64,000 nt of DNA from assembly GCA_020724925.1 (NCBI GenBank), contig DYGC01000001.1, positions 5,228 to 69,227 on the forward strand. Reading direction: 5' to 3'. Every line of letters begins with the position of its first letter. Positions within the stretch are counted from its first letter, which is position 1. This document shows, one piece after another, positions 57,085 to 64,000 of this stretch. The stretch comes from Candidatus Paceibacter sp. (GTDB lineage: Bacteria > Patescibacteriota > Patescibacteriia > DYGC01). The translations under genes were made by a program, and so were the position numbers. Under the pieces are notes generated by a model. The model saw nothing but the letters and a program-made list of their open reading frames with translations, did no database searches and was not told the DNA's origin.

Positions 57085-57789
57085 ATGTCTTTAATGATTG
57101 AAGGTAAAAATATTAAGAAAACTTTTCCTGGAGCGGTGCCGGTGCATGCTTTGAAGGGCATTGATATTGCTATCAAGACCGGAGAGTTCGTGGCAATTAT
57201 GGGGCGCAGTGGTTCGGGAAAATCAACTTTGTTGCATCAATTGAGTTTGTTGGATGTGCCAACAGCCGGTGAAATTATTGTTGATAATCAAGATATTTTA
57301 AAATTATCTGAACGACAAAAAACTTTGTTTCGTTTGACGCATTTTGGTTATGTTTTTCAAACTTACGCTTTGTTGCCAGAGTTTACTGCTTTGGAAACGG
57401 TTTCTATTCCGTTGATGATGGCCGGTGTTTCGCATGGTGATTATACGAAAAAAGCCAAAGAAATTTTGGAATTGGTTGGACTGGGGCACCGTTTAAATCA
57501 TCGGCCGTTTGAACTATCCGGTGGAGAACAGCAACGCGTGGCGATTGCTCGTGCTTTGGTACATAATCCTAAAATTGTTTTTGCCGATGAACCCTGTGCC
57601 AACTTGGATGTCGGGGCTTCTACTTTGATTATGCAATTATTTGCTAAATTAAATAAGGATTTGGGACAAACGATTGTTTTGGTAACGCATGAACCTGATG
57701 ATGAAAAATATGTTGACCGAGTTATTACTTTAGATGATGGTTTGATTAAAAAGGGCGATGGTGTTCAATTGGGAAAAACGTTGGAGTAA
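57085..57789 (+). CDS. ABC transporter ATP-binding protein (MacB/LolD-type)
   Basis: Walker A GRSGSGKSTLL, Q-loop, signature LSGGEQQRVAIARAL, Walker B IVFADEPCANLD, H-loop VTHE. Confidence 0.85.
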   Translation: MSLMIEGKNIKKTFPGAVPVHALKGIDIAIKTGEFVAIMGRSGSGKSTLLHQLSLLDVPTAGEIIVDNQDILKLSERQKTLFRLTHFGYVFQTYALLPEFTALETVSIPLMMAGVSHGDYTKKAKEILELVGLGHRLNHRPFELSGGEQQRVAIARALVHNPKIVFADEPCANLDVGASTLIMQLFAKLNKDLGQTIVLVTHEPDDEKYVDRVITLDDGLIKKGDGVQLGKTLE

Positions 57790-57825
57790 TTTCTTGTAAA
57801 AATAATTATTTTTATTGGTGATTAT

Positions 57826-58698
57826 ATGTCTAAAAAAATTCGTAAAGTGATTATTCCGGTGGCTGGTTGGGGAACAAGATTTTTGCCGGCTACTAAAGCA
57901 CAACCTAAAGAAATGTTGCCGATTGTTGATACGCCGATTATTCAGCATGTCGTAGAGCAGGCTGTGGAATCTGGTATTGAGGAAATTATTTTGGTGACCG
58001 GTGCTTCTAAGCGTGCCGTGGAAGATCATTTTGATTATAATTATGCTTTGGAACAGCATTTGGAAAAGCAAAATAAGCCGGAATTATTAGCGGAAACGCG
58101 TCGCATCGCTGAGATGGCGACTTTTGTTTATGTTCGCCAGAAAGGTCCGTATGGTAATGGTACACCGGTTTTGACCGCCCGTGATTTAATTGGCGATGAG
58201 CCGTTCGCGGTGATGTGGGGCGATGAATTTTTTCATTCTGATTATAAACCGCATTTGCGTCAGCTGATTGATGTTTATGAAAAATATGAACAACCCGTTT
58301 TAACCGCCTATGAAGTGACTTCACGTGATGTGGAAAAATATGGTATAATAGATGCGAGCCTGATTGAAGACGGAATTTTTCAAGTTAAAAGAATTGTGGA
58401 GAAGCCTAAAAAAGAAGAAGCTCCTTCCAATTTAGCGTCTTTGGGGGGTTACATTTTAACCCCGGATATTTTTGACATTTTAGCTAATTTGCCTTTGGGC
58501 AAGGGAGGGGAGTTGTGGTTGACTGACGCGATTGCCAAGCTCTTGGAAAAACGACCGATTTACGCTTGTTTGGTGAATGGTACTTATTATGATACCGGTT
58601 CTAAATTGGGGTATTTACAGGCAAACGTTGATACTGCTTTGCGCCGCGATGATTTGCGAGATGATTTTTTGGAATATTTAAAAACAAAGATTAAATAA
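57826..58698 (+). CDS. galU: UTP--glucose-1-phosphate uridylyltransferase
   Basis: KVIIPVAGWGTRFLPATKAQPKEMLPIVDTPIIQHVVEQAVESGIEEIILVTG is a near-textbook GalU N-terminus. 290 aa. Confidence 0.85.
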   Translation: MSKKIRKVIIPVAGWGTRFLPATKAQPKEMLPIVDTPIIQHVVEQAVESGIEEIILVTGASKRAVEDHFDYNYALEQHLEKQNKPELLAETRRIAEMATFVYVRQKGPYGNGTPVLTARDLIGDEPFAVMWGDEFFHSDYKPHLRQLIDVYEKYEQPVLTAYEVTSRDVEKYGIIDASLIEDGIFQVKRIVEKPKKEEAPSNLASLGGYILTPDIFDILANLPLGKGGELWLTDAIAKLLEKRPIYACLVNGTYYDTGSKLGYLQANVDTALRRDDLRDDFLEYLKTKIK

Positions 58699-58708
58699 AA
58701 AATATTTT

Positions 58709-60115
58709 ATGAATGTGCCAGCCTTAAAAAAAATAACACTTAAATTTTTAGTGTTTTCTTTGGTTTTTGTTTTACCATTAAGCGGCTTTGGCTGTAAGTT
58801 GATGTCATCTGAGGTACAGGAGAATGTAAAATCAACCACTTTGGAAATCTGGGGTGTTTATATGAACAGTGCTCATATTAAACCGATTGTTGATGCTTAT
58901 CGAGTTAGCCATCCTTATGTACGAGTCAATTATACTAATTTTAGACCGGAAGAATATGAAACCCAGTTGTTAAATGCCATGGCTGAGGATCGTGGGCCGG
59001 ACATTTTTTTAGTGCACAACACTAAAGTTTTAGAATATCGCAACAAATTATTGCCATTGCCAGCGAGCGTGAAAGTGGCAACGCTCGTGGAGGAGGGGAC
59101 AATTAAAAAAGAGACCAAGGTGGTGATGCAAACCATTCCTGGTTTAACAGTCGGACAATTAAAAAAATCTTTTGTCGATGTGGTAGCGAGTGATGTAGTT
59201 TTTGTTAATGCTGAGACGCGCCAGGAGGAAATTTTTGGCTTACCCTTGAGTATGGATACTTTAGTTTTATATTATAATGCTGATTTATTGAACCGTGCGA
59301 ATATCCCGGAGCCACCACAAACGTGGATGGAGCTTCAAGAAATGATTCCCAAATTAACCAAGGTTGATGAAAATGATGGAATTGTCCAAGCGGGGATCGC
59401 TTTGGGTTTAAGTGATAACATTGATAATTATTTTGATATAGTGTCGGCTCTGATGTTGCAGAATGGAACGGTTTTTGCAAATGAGTATAATCAGTTAGTA
59501 ATGGATAAGATCCCTGGTGTTTTGCAGGGAAAAATTGAAGTTTCTCCGGCCCTGAGCGCCTTAGATTTTTATAGTTCTTTCGCGAAGCCATATAAGGTTA
59601 CTTATACTTGGGATAAATACATGAAGACGGCGGTGCAGTCGTTCGCGGCTGGCAATTTAGCGATGTTTGTTGGTTATCAATTTCATAATGAGACTATTAA
59701 AAGTTTGTCTCCAAAGTTGAATTATTTAATCGCACCATTACCACAGGTCAATCTGGAATATCCAATTAATTATGCTAATTATTGGGTGATGGGGGTTTCT
59801 AAAAAAACAAAATCAGCAGATGTCGCTTGGGATTTTGTGCAATATGCTACCCAAGCTGATCAGGTTAGTAAATACTTGACCGCCAGTGGGCGCGTTACTG
59901 CTTTGAAGGCTTTGGTGAAAAATCAACAAAGTGATGCTTTGGGAGTTTTTGCCAATCAGGTTTTAACTGCTAAAAGTTGGTTTCACGGTTCTGATTTTGA
60001 AGCGGCTAAAGCGGTCTTCAAAACCATGATTGATGATTCCGCCACTGATAATTATAAAAGTATGGGTGATTTGATTTCTAATACTAATACCAAGTTGAAT
60101 AGTATTTATAGATAA
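58709..60115 (+). CDS. Extracellular solute-binding lipoprotein (ABC transporter substrate-binding protein, family 1 / sugar-type)
   Basis: Lipobox LSGFGC. About 440-aa periplasmic-binding-protein-like domain; 468 aa. No cognate permease or ATPase adjacent. Confidence 0.55.
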   Translation: MNVPALKKITLKFLVFSLVFVLPLSGFGCKLMSSEVQENVKSTTLEIWGVYMNSAHIKPIVDAYRVSHPYVRVNYTNFRPEEYETQLLNAMAEDRGPDIFLVHNTKVLEYRNKLLPLPASVKVATLVEEGTIKKETKVVMQTIPGLTVGQLKKSFVDVVASDVVFVNAETRQEEIFGLPLSMDTLVLYYNADLLNRANIPEPPQTWMELQEMIPKLTKVDENDGIVQAGIALGLSDNIDNYFDIVSALMLQNGTVFANEYNQLVMDKIPGVLQGKIEVSPALSALDFYSSFAKPYKVTYTWDKYMKTAVQSFAAGNLAMFVGYQFHNETIKSLSPKLNYLIAPLPQVNLEYPINYANYWVMGVSKKTKSADVAWDFVQYATQADQVSKYLTASGRVTALKALVKNQQSDALGVFANQVLTAKSWFHGSDFEAAKAVFKTMIDDSATDNYKSMGDLISNTNTKLNSIYR

Positions 60116-60126
60116 AAATAAAATAT

Positions 60127-62109
60127 ATGAGGATTTTCAGGCATTTTTCTTTTTTCCTTTTGGTGTTTGCCATGTTTACCTTAAGTGGTAATTTTGTGTT
60201 TTCGGCTGATGATTGTGTTAAAGAGGAGGAGTTGGTTTGTTACACAGTTTTAAGGGTTGATGGTATGAACGTTTTATTTAATGCCACTCCTTCTGGTATT
60301 CAGTTATCGACAAGTGAGGCTCTTAGCTATGCGATGATGAGTGATCAAGCTCGTTCCACTTCTTTGGTGTGCCTCATTCCTAAAAGTAAAATCCCAAAAA
60401 ACATTACTGATGATGATTCTTATGCTCGGTGCATGGCAGAAGCATCGTCTGCTAGTTATGGGTCATTGAAATATTATAAATGTTGGTTGGGAAACAATTT
60501 TAATACTATTACTAGCCCAAATTTTTACACTTGCAATTGGTACACAATTGAAAAGCAGTTGGCTGCGGAAGCACAAGCTAAGCGGCTTGCAGAAGGTAAG
60601 GAATATGGTTCTGGAAACATCACTTGTGGTGGTCGTACTTTTCAGTGTACACCTAGTGGTTGGTTCGCGAATGTTTCCCCCGCCTGTTTTTGTTGCGGTC
60701 AGTGCGAGCCCCGGGATTTATTAACAGTTGGAAATACCTTTTTAAAATGGTTGTTTGGTATTGTCGGGGCGATTGGTTTGGCAATGTTTGTGTGGGGTGG
60801 TTTCAATTGGATTACTTCTGCCGGTGATCAGGGTAAGATCACGACCGGTAAAAAGGCGATTACTAATACCATGGTTGGTTTACTGATTATGTTTTCCGCT
60901 GGAGTGGTTGTTATGACTATTCAAAAAACTCTTGGTTTGGATGTGCAGATATCAGTGGTGGGGCAGCTTGATAGTAATACCGGAGCGGATGCTACCGGTA
61001 GTACCGATGCTAGTCAAGAAGTTCATGGTAATTTGCAATTGGGTGATAAGTGTACAGTTCAAGAGAAAACTTCTAATAGTGATTGTGCTAAGGATTTATA
61101 TTGTTATGCGGTTAAGGACAATCCGGAAACTAAAGGTATTTGTTTGCCAAAAAATCCGAAGGGGTCATCAAAGCCCGGTTATCGTTGTTGGATTTTAAAT
61201 GATGGCAATACTTGTTCTTTGGGGGAATGTTTGGTACTTGTGGAGCCTTCGGTAGATCCTGGTACTACTAATAAAGCCATTCCTGGGACGGAAGGTGTTT
61301 GTACCAGTGAAGAAGACGTAAATAAAATCATTGGTAAGGCTTGTAAGGCCGATACTGAGTGTGGTTCTGGTTTTAAGTGTACTAATGGGAAATGTATAAT
61401 CGTTACTAGCAGTAATATGAATCGTCGCGAACCGTGCTACGTGTTACCGGGTAGTAATACTAATGATTGTATCTCTGATTTTAAGTGCTTTCCGGATTTA
61501 AATAATGCGACTGCTAAAAGAACTGTTGGCACAAAAGGAACCTGTGCTTATAACCAAAGCTTGGTTGAAGGTAAAATATGTATTGGTAATGTTGAATGTA
61601 AAACTGGTTTGCTTTGTAAGCGGATTCCTAAGGCTTCTACCGAGGTGTGTGTTAGTAAAACGAGAAAATTTGATGTTCCTGTCGGTGGATCTTGCTTTAA
61701 ATTTACCATGGAGGGATCCAGTGATCCTGATGATCAATGGAAAAACGTGATTGATAATTGCGTCTTAGGTTTAGATTGTTATTATGGAAAAGATAGCGAC
61801 AAGTCTGGCATTTGTGCACCACCAAATCCTGTGAATTCTGTTAGCAGTATTGGTGGAGAGTGCTATATTTTGCCAGGTAGTTCATCAATGTGTGCCAACA
61901 ATTCCCAGTGCGTTGCTTATATTTCCAAGGCTTATAAAACAACTCCTGGATCAAAGGGTATTTGTATTCCTAAGTATAATTCAGTGGACGAAGGTCAGAC
62001 TTGTGTTTATTTGCCTGGAACTAAAACTGTTTGTAAGAGTGGTTTGACTTGTGATATCGGAATGTGGACCAAGGAATTTGGTCGACAAGGAGTTTGTGTG
62101 CGCAAATAG
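60127..62109 (+). CDS. Large cysteine-rich surface protein with VirB2/TrbC-like pilin module and about 7 tandem Cys-knot-like modules (660 aa)
   Basis: Signal peptide. Cys-rich N-region, then pilin-like module LKWLFGIVGAIGLAMFVWGGFNWITSAGDQGKITTGKKAITNTMVGLLIMFSAGVVVM. About 7 repeats of C-x(5-12)-C-x(3-6)-C-x(8-20)-G(I/V)C(L/I/V)PK (e.g. GDKCTVQEKTSNSDCAKDLYCYAV...KGICLPK; GGECYILPGSSSMCANNSQCVAY...KGICIPK). Confidence 0.55.
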   Translation: MRIFRHFSFFLLVFAMFTLSGNFVFSADDCVKEEELVCYTVLRVDGMNVLFNATPSGIQLSTSEALSYAMMSDQARSTSLVCLIPKSKIPKNITDDDSYARCMAEASSASYGSLKYYKCWLGNNFNTITSPNFYTCNWYTIEKQLAAEAQAKRLAEGKEYGSGNITCGGRTFQCTPSGWFANVSPACFCCGQCEPRDLLTVGNTFLKWLFGIVGAIGLAMFVWGGFNWITSAGDQGKITTGKKAITNTMVGLLIMFSAGVVVMTIQKTLGLDVQISVVGQLDSNTGADATGSTDASQEVHGNLQLGDKCTVQEKTSNSDCAKDLYCYAVKDNPETKGICLPKNPKGSSKPGYRCWILNDGNTCSLGECLVLVEPSVDPGTTNKAIPGTEGVCTSEEDVNKIIGKACKADTECGSGFKCTNGKCIIVTSSNMNRREPCYVLPGSNTNDCISDFKCFPDLNNATAKRTVGTKGTCAYNQSLVEGKICIGNVECKTGLLCKRIPKASTEVCVSKTRKFDVPVGGSCFKFTMEGSSDPDDQWKNVIDNCVLGLDCYYGKDSDKSGICAPPNPVNSVSSIGGECYILPGSSSMCANNSQCVAYISKAYKTTPGSKGICIPKYNSVDEGQTCVYLPGTKTVCKSGLTCDIGMWTKEFGRQGVCVRK

Positions 62110-62182
62110 GTTTGTCTAAAAAGTATTTTTACGCTATAATATAGGTATTATAAACGCCTAATTAAAAAATAAGAAAAAAATT

Positions 62183-62587
62183 ATGCGATCAATGAAAAGT
62201 TTCGTTTTGAGCTTGGTCATGGGCTTGGCGGTTTTTATGCCTTTGGCTGGTGCTAGTGCTGTTACTTTGTTTCCAGATGCTTCTGGTACCGGGGAAGACA
62301 TGGCTACTACCATGGGTTTAAGCGCTGACAAGTCTTTGGCTGAGATTATCGCCAGTATTATTAACATTGTCTTAAGTGTCTTGGGTGTGGTCTTGGTTGT
62401 TTTGATTATTTATGCTGGTATTAAATGGATGACTTCTTCTGATGAAAAGGGTGTCGGTGATGCCAAGAAAATTTTAATCAACGCGATTGTCGGTTTGGTA
62501 ATTATCGTGGCTGCTTGGGCGATTACCTCATTCGTGGTTAGTAGTATTATGACTTCTGTGGGCGATACCGGTGGATTACCTTCCTAG
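62183..62587 (+). CDS. VirB2/TrbC-like pilin-fold protein, paralog 1 (134 aa)
   Basis: Sec-type signal peptide (PLAGASA/VT). Mature part: TM helix IVLSVLGVVLVVLIIYAGIKWMTSSDEKGVGDAKKILINAIVGLVIIVAAWAITSFVV (two TM helices joined by a W-M-T-S-x-D/K-rich turn). Own terminator downstream. Confidence 0.55.
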   Translation: MRSMKSFVLSLVMGLAVFMPLAGASAVTLFPDASGTGEDMATTMGLSADKSLAEIIASIINIVLSVLGVVLVVLIIYAGIKWMTSSDEKGVGDAKKILINAIVGLVIIVAAWAITSFVVSSIMTSVGDTGGLPS

Positions 62588-62595
62588 TTTTTTAT

Positions 62596-62622
62596 AAAAA
62601 GGAGAGTTATTCTCCTTTTTTA
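62596..62622 (+). terminator. Rho-independent terminator after pilin-like paralog 1
   Basis: AAAAGGAGAG-TTAT-TCTCCTTTTTT: perfect 8-bp stem plus T-run. Confidence 0.6.
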
Positions 62623-62658
62623 TAAGGCATCAGTTAATTTGTTGGTGTTTTATAAAAA

Positions 62659-63015
62659 GTGAGAATAATAAAAATTAATATGTTAAATATAAAAAACAAA
62701 TTTCTTGCGTTGGTGACGTCTTTTGCTTTGTGGTTGTTTCCTTTTTGGGTGTTCGCGGAAACTTTATATAATCCAATGAGTGGGACTAAGGATGTGCCAA
62801 CTTTAATTGGTAAGATTTTGAGTATAGTAATTGGTATAATTGGAGCAATTGCTTTGGTAATGTTTATTTTTGGTGGTTTTTTATGGATGACTTCTGCAGG
62901 GGATACGGGATCAATAAAAAAGGGGAAAGATACCATGGTTTATGCAGTTTTGGGATTGGTTGTGGTTTTTTCTGCACGGGCAATTTTGTCTTTTGTTTTT
63001 GAAAATTTAAAATAA
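62659..63015 (+). CDS. VirB2/TrbC-like pilin-fold protein, paralog 2 (118 aa)
   Basis: Signal peptide (WVFA/ET), then IGAIALVMFIFGGFLWMTSAGDTGSIKKGKDTMVYAVLGLVVVFSARAIL. Confidence 0.55.
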   Translation: MRIIKINMLNIKNKFLALVTSFALWLFPFWVFAETLYNPMSGTKDVPTLIGKILSIVIGIIGAIALVMFIFGGFLWMTSAGDTGSIKKGKDTMVYAVLGLVVVFSARAILSFVFENLK

Positions 63016-63025
63016 GTTTATTGAT

Positions 63026-63454
63026 ATGAATAAAAAAATGATTTATTTGGGGGCGTTACTATTTTTTTTGATAGTTCCTTTTTCTTTATTGGCCGCCGAT
63101 TATGGTTTGACCGAGAGTGCTAATGCTGCAAATCTCCCAGAAAATGTTAATTTAATGGGAATGATTGCAAAAGTGGTTGGAACTGCGCTGTCTTTGGTTG
63201 GTGTGATTTTCTTGATTTTATTTATTTATGGAGGAATGCTCTGGATGACGGCCGGTGGTAAGGCTGATAATACAAAAAAAGCTAAGGATTTAATGGTTAA
63301 TGCGGTAATTGGTCTAGTTTTGATTTTTAGTGCGTATTTTGTGACCAGATTTGTGGTTAGTGAATTAACTTCTGCTTCCCAGGTTGTTCCCGGGGGAAGT
63401 ACAACACCAACGCCTGGAACGAGTTTTAGTAATGGAGTTTTTGATAAAGTTTAG
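63026..63454 (+). CDS. VirB2/TrbC-like pilin-fold protein, paralog 3 (142 aa)
   Basis: Signal peptide (SLLA/AD), then LVGVIFLILFIYGGMLWMTAGGKADNTKKAKDLMVNAVIGLVLIFSAYFV, plus a T/P/G-rich C-terminal tail. Confidence 0.55.
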   Translation: MNKKMIYLGALLFFLIVPFSLLAADYGLTESANAANLPENVNLMGMIAKVVGTALSLVGVIFLILFIYGGMLWMTAGGKADNTKKAKDLMVNAVIGLVLIFSAYFVTRFVVSELTSASQVVPGGSTTPTPGTSFSNGVFDKV

Positions 63455-63481
63455 TTTTCAGTTTTTAATAAAATTATTGCT

Positions 63482-63868
63482 ATGGGGTTTCTTTTTTCTA
63501 ATCAATTGATAGTTTTGTTTCTAGGATTTTTAGCGGGGATATTTTCTCCTTTTTTAACATTTGCCAGCGATTATGGGACAAGTGAATTAGCCAGTCAATT
63601 GGGATATAAGACTTATGCGGTTGACCGTGATTTGATTTTAGCGATTGTTGGCAAAGTTATTGCCGGTGTTTTAGGGTTTTTGGGAGTAGTTTTTTTGGTT
63701 GGTATTGTTTATTATGGTTTTAGATGGATGACAGCCGGTGGGAAGTCAGATGTAGTGAAGGTCGCGAAAGATGGGATTACAAATTTGGTAATTGGTTTAA
63801 TTTTGGTTTTATCGGCTTATGCTATTACTAGTTTTATTTTAAGTATTTTAACTAATGTTAATAAATAG
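63482..63868 (+). CDS. VirB2/TrbC-like pilin-fold protein, paralog 4 (128 aa)
   Basis: Signal peptide (TFA/SD), then LGVVFLVGIVYYGFRWMTAGGKSDVVKVAKDGITNLVIGLILVLSAYAI. Confidence 0.55.
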   Translation: MGFLFSNQLIVLFLGFLAGIFSPFLTFASDYGTSELASQLGYKTYAVDRDLILAIVGKVIAGVLGFLGVVFLVGIVYYGFRWMTAGGKSDVVKVAKDGITNLVIGLILVLSAYAITSFILSILTNVNK

Positions 63869-63872
63869 AATT

Positions 63873-64000
63873 ATGTTGAAAAAATTTTTAGTAAAGATAT
63901 TTATTATAGCAATCTTATGTGTGCCTACATTAGCATATGCCGCAAATTTGAATGATGCTACTAGTGTTTTGGATTCTGGGGCCAAGGAGATGGGCTATCA
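63873..64000 (+). CDS. Secreted protein, N-terminal fragment (continues past window end)
   Basis: ATG at 63873 encodes MLKKFLVKIFIIAILCVPTLAYA/ANLNDATSVLDSGAKEMGY, a Sec signal peptide with AYA cleavage site. Truncated by the window edge. Confidence 0.35.
   Translation, partial: MLKKFLVKIFIIAILCVPTLAYAANLNDATSVLDSGAKEMGY

Noticed and set aside
62183-63868. Type IV (PilA-like) pilins
   Set aside because: No class III prepilin leader (short basic leader ending G|F/M-x-x-x-E). Instead each has a conventional 25-30-aa Sec signal peptide with A-x-A-like cleavage site, and two TM helices rather than one N-terminal helix. The architecture matches T4SS/conjugative-type pilins instead.

Overview
This is a low-GC (roughly 38-40%), gene-dense bacterial chromosome segment. 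Its gene content (many small secreted or membrane proteins, an A/V-type ATPase instead of F-type, and 2-oxoacid:ferredoxin oxidoreductase) suggests a Candidate Phyla Radiation / Patescibacteria-like organism; standard genetic code. The window spans the replication-origin neighbourhood: rnpA-dnaA-dnaN with DnaA boxes on both sides of dnaA and a leading-strand gene-orientation switch near 15.5-17.7 kb. Clearly recognisable core genes are pnp, polA, holA-like, PBP1A, tig, ychF, lspA, dksA-like, rpsT, rsmE, galU, an ECF sigma / FecR anti-sigma pair, a complete A/V-type ATPase operon (H-I-K-E-C-F-A-B-D), a PFOR operon (porG-porD-porA ... porB) and a MacAB/DevBCA-like efflux module. Two tRNAs (Ser-CGA, Arg-CCT) and a candidate RNase P RNA sit in non-coding gaps. 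The most unusual content is a family of six genes sharing a VirB2/TrbC-like pilin module (Sec signal peptide, TM helix, G-G-x-W-M-T-S-A-G-D loop, lysine-rich turn, second TM helix): a tandem array of four small paralogs at 62.2-63.9 kb and two giant cysteine-rich proteins (48.8-51.2 kb and 60.1-62.1 kb) carrying the same module N-terminal to long Cys-repeat ectodomains. One of the giants is inserted between porA and porB. No secretion or pilus assembly machinery is visible in the window. Other notable items are a fused pseudouridine synthase-guanylate kinase gene, an orphan SdpR/SdpI-like immunity pair, a DUF4163/DUF3298/DUF333 envelope protein in a 5.4-kb island of minus-strand surface proteins, a GC-rich intergenic island with 34-bp hairpin-containing tandem repeats, and a FecR-type anti-sigma factor with three near-identical ~300-bp tandem repeats.
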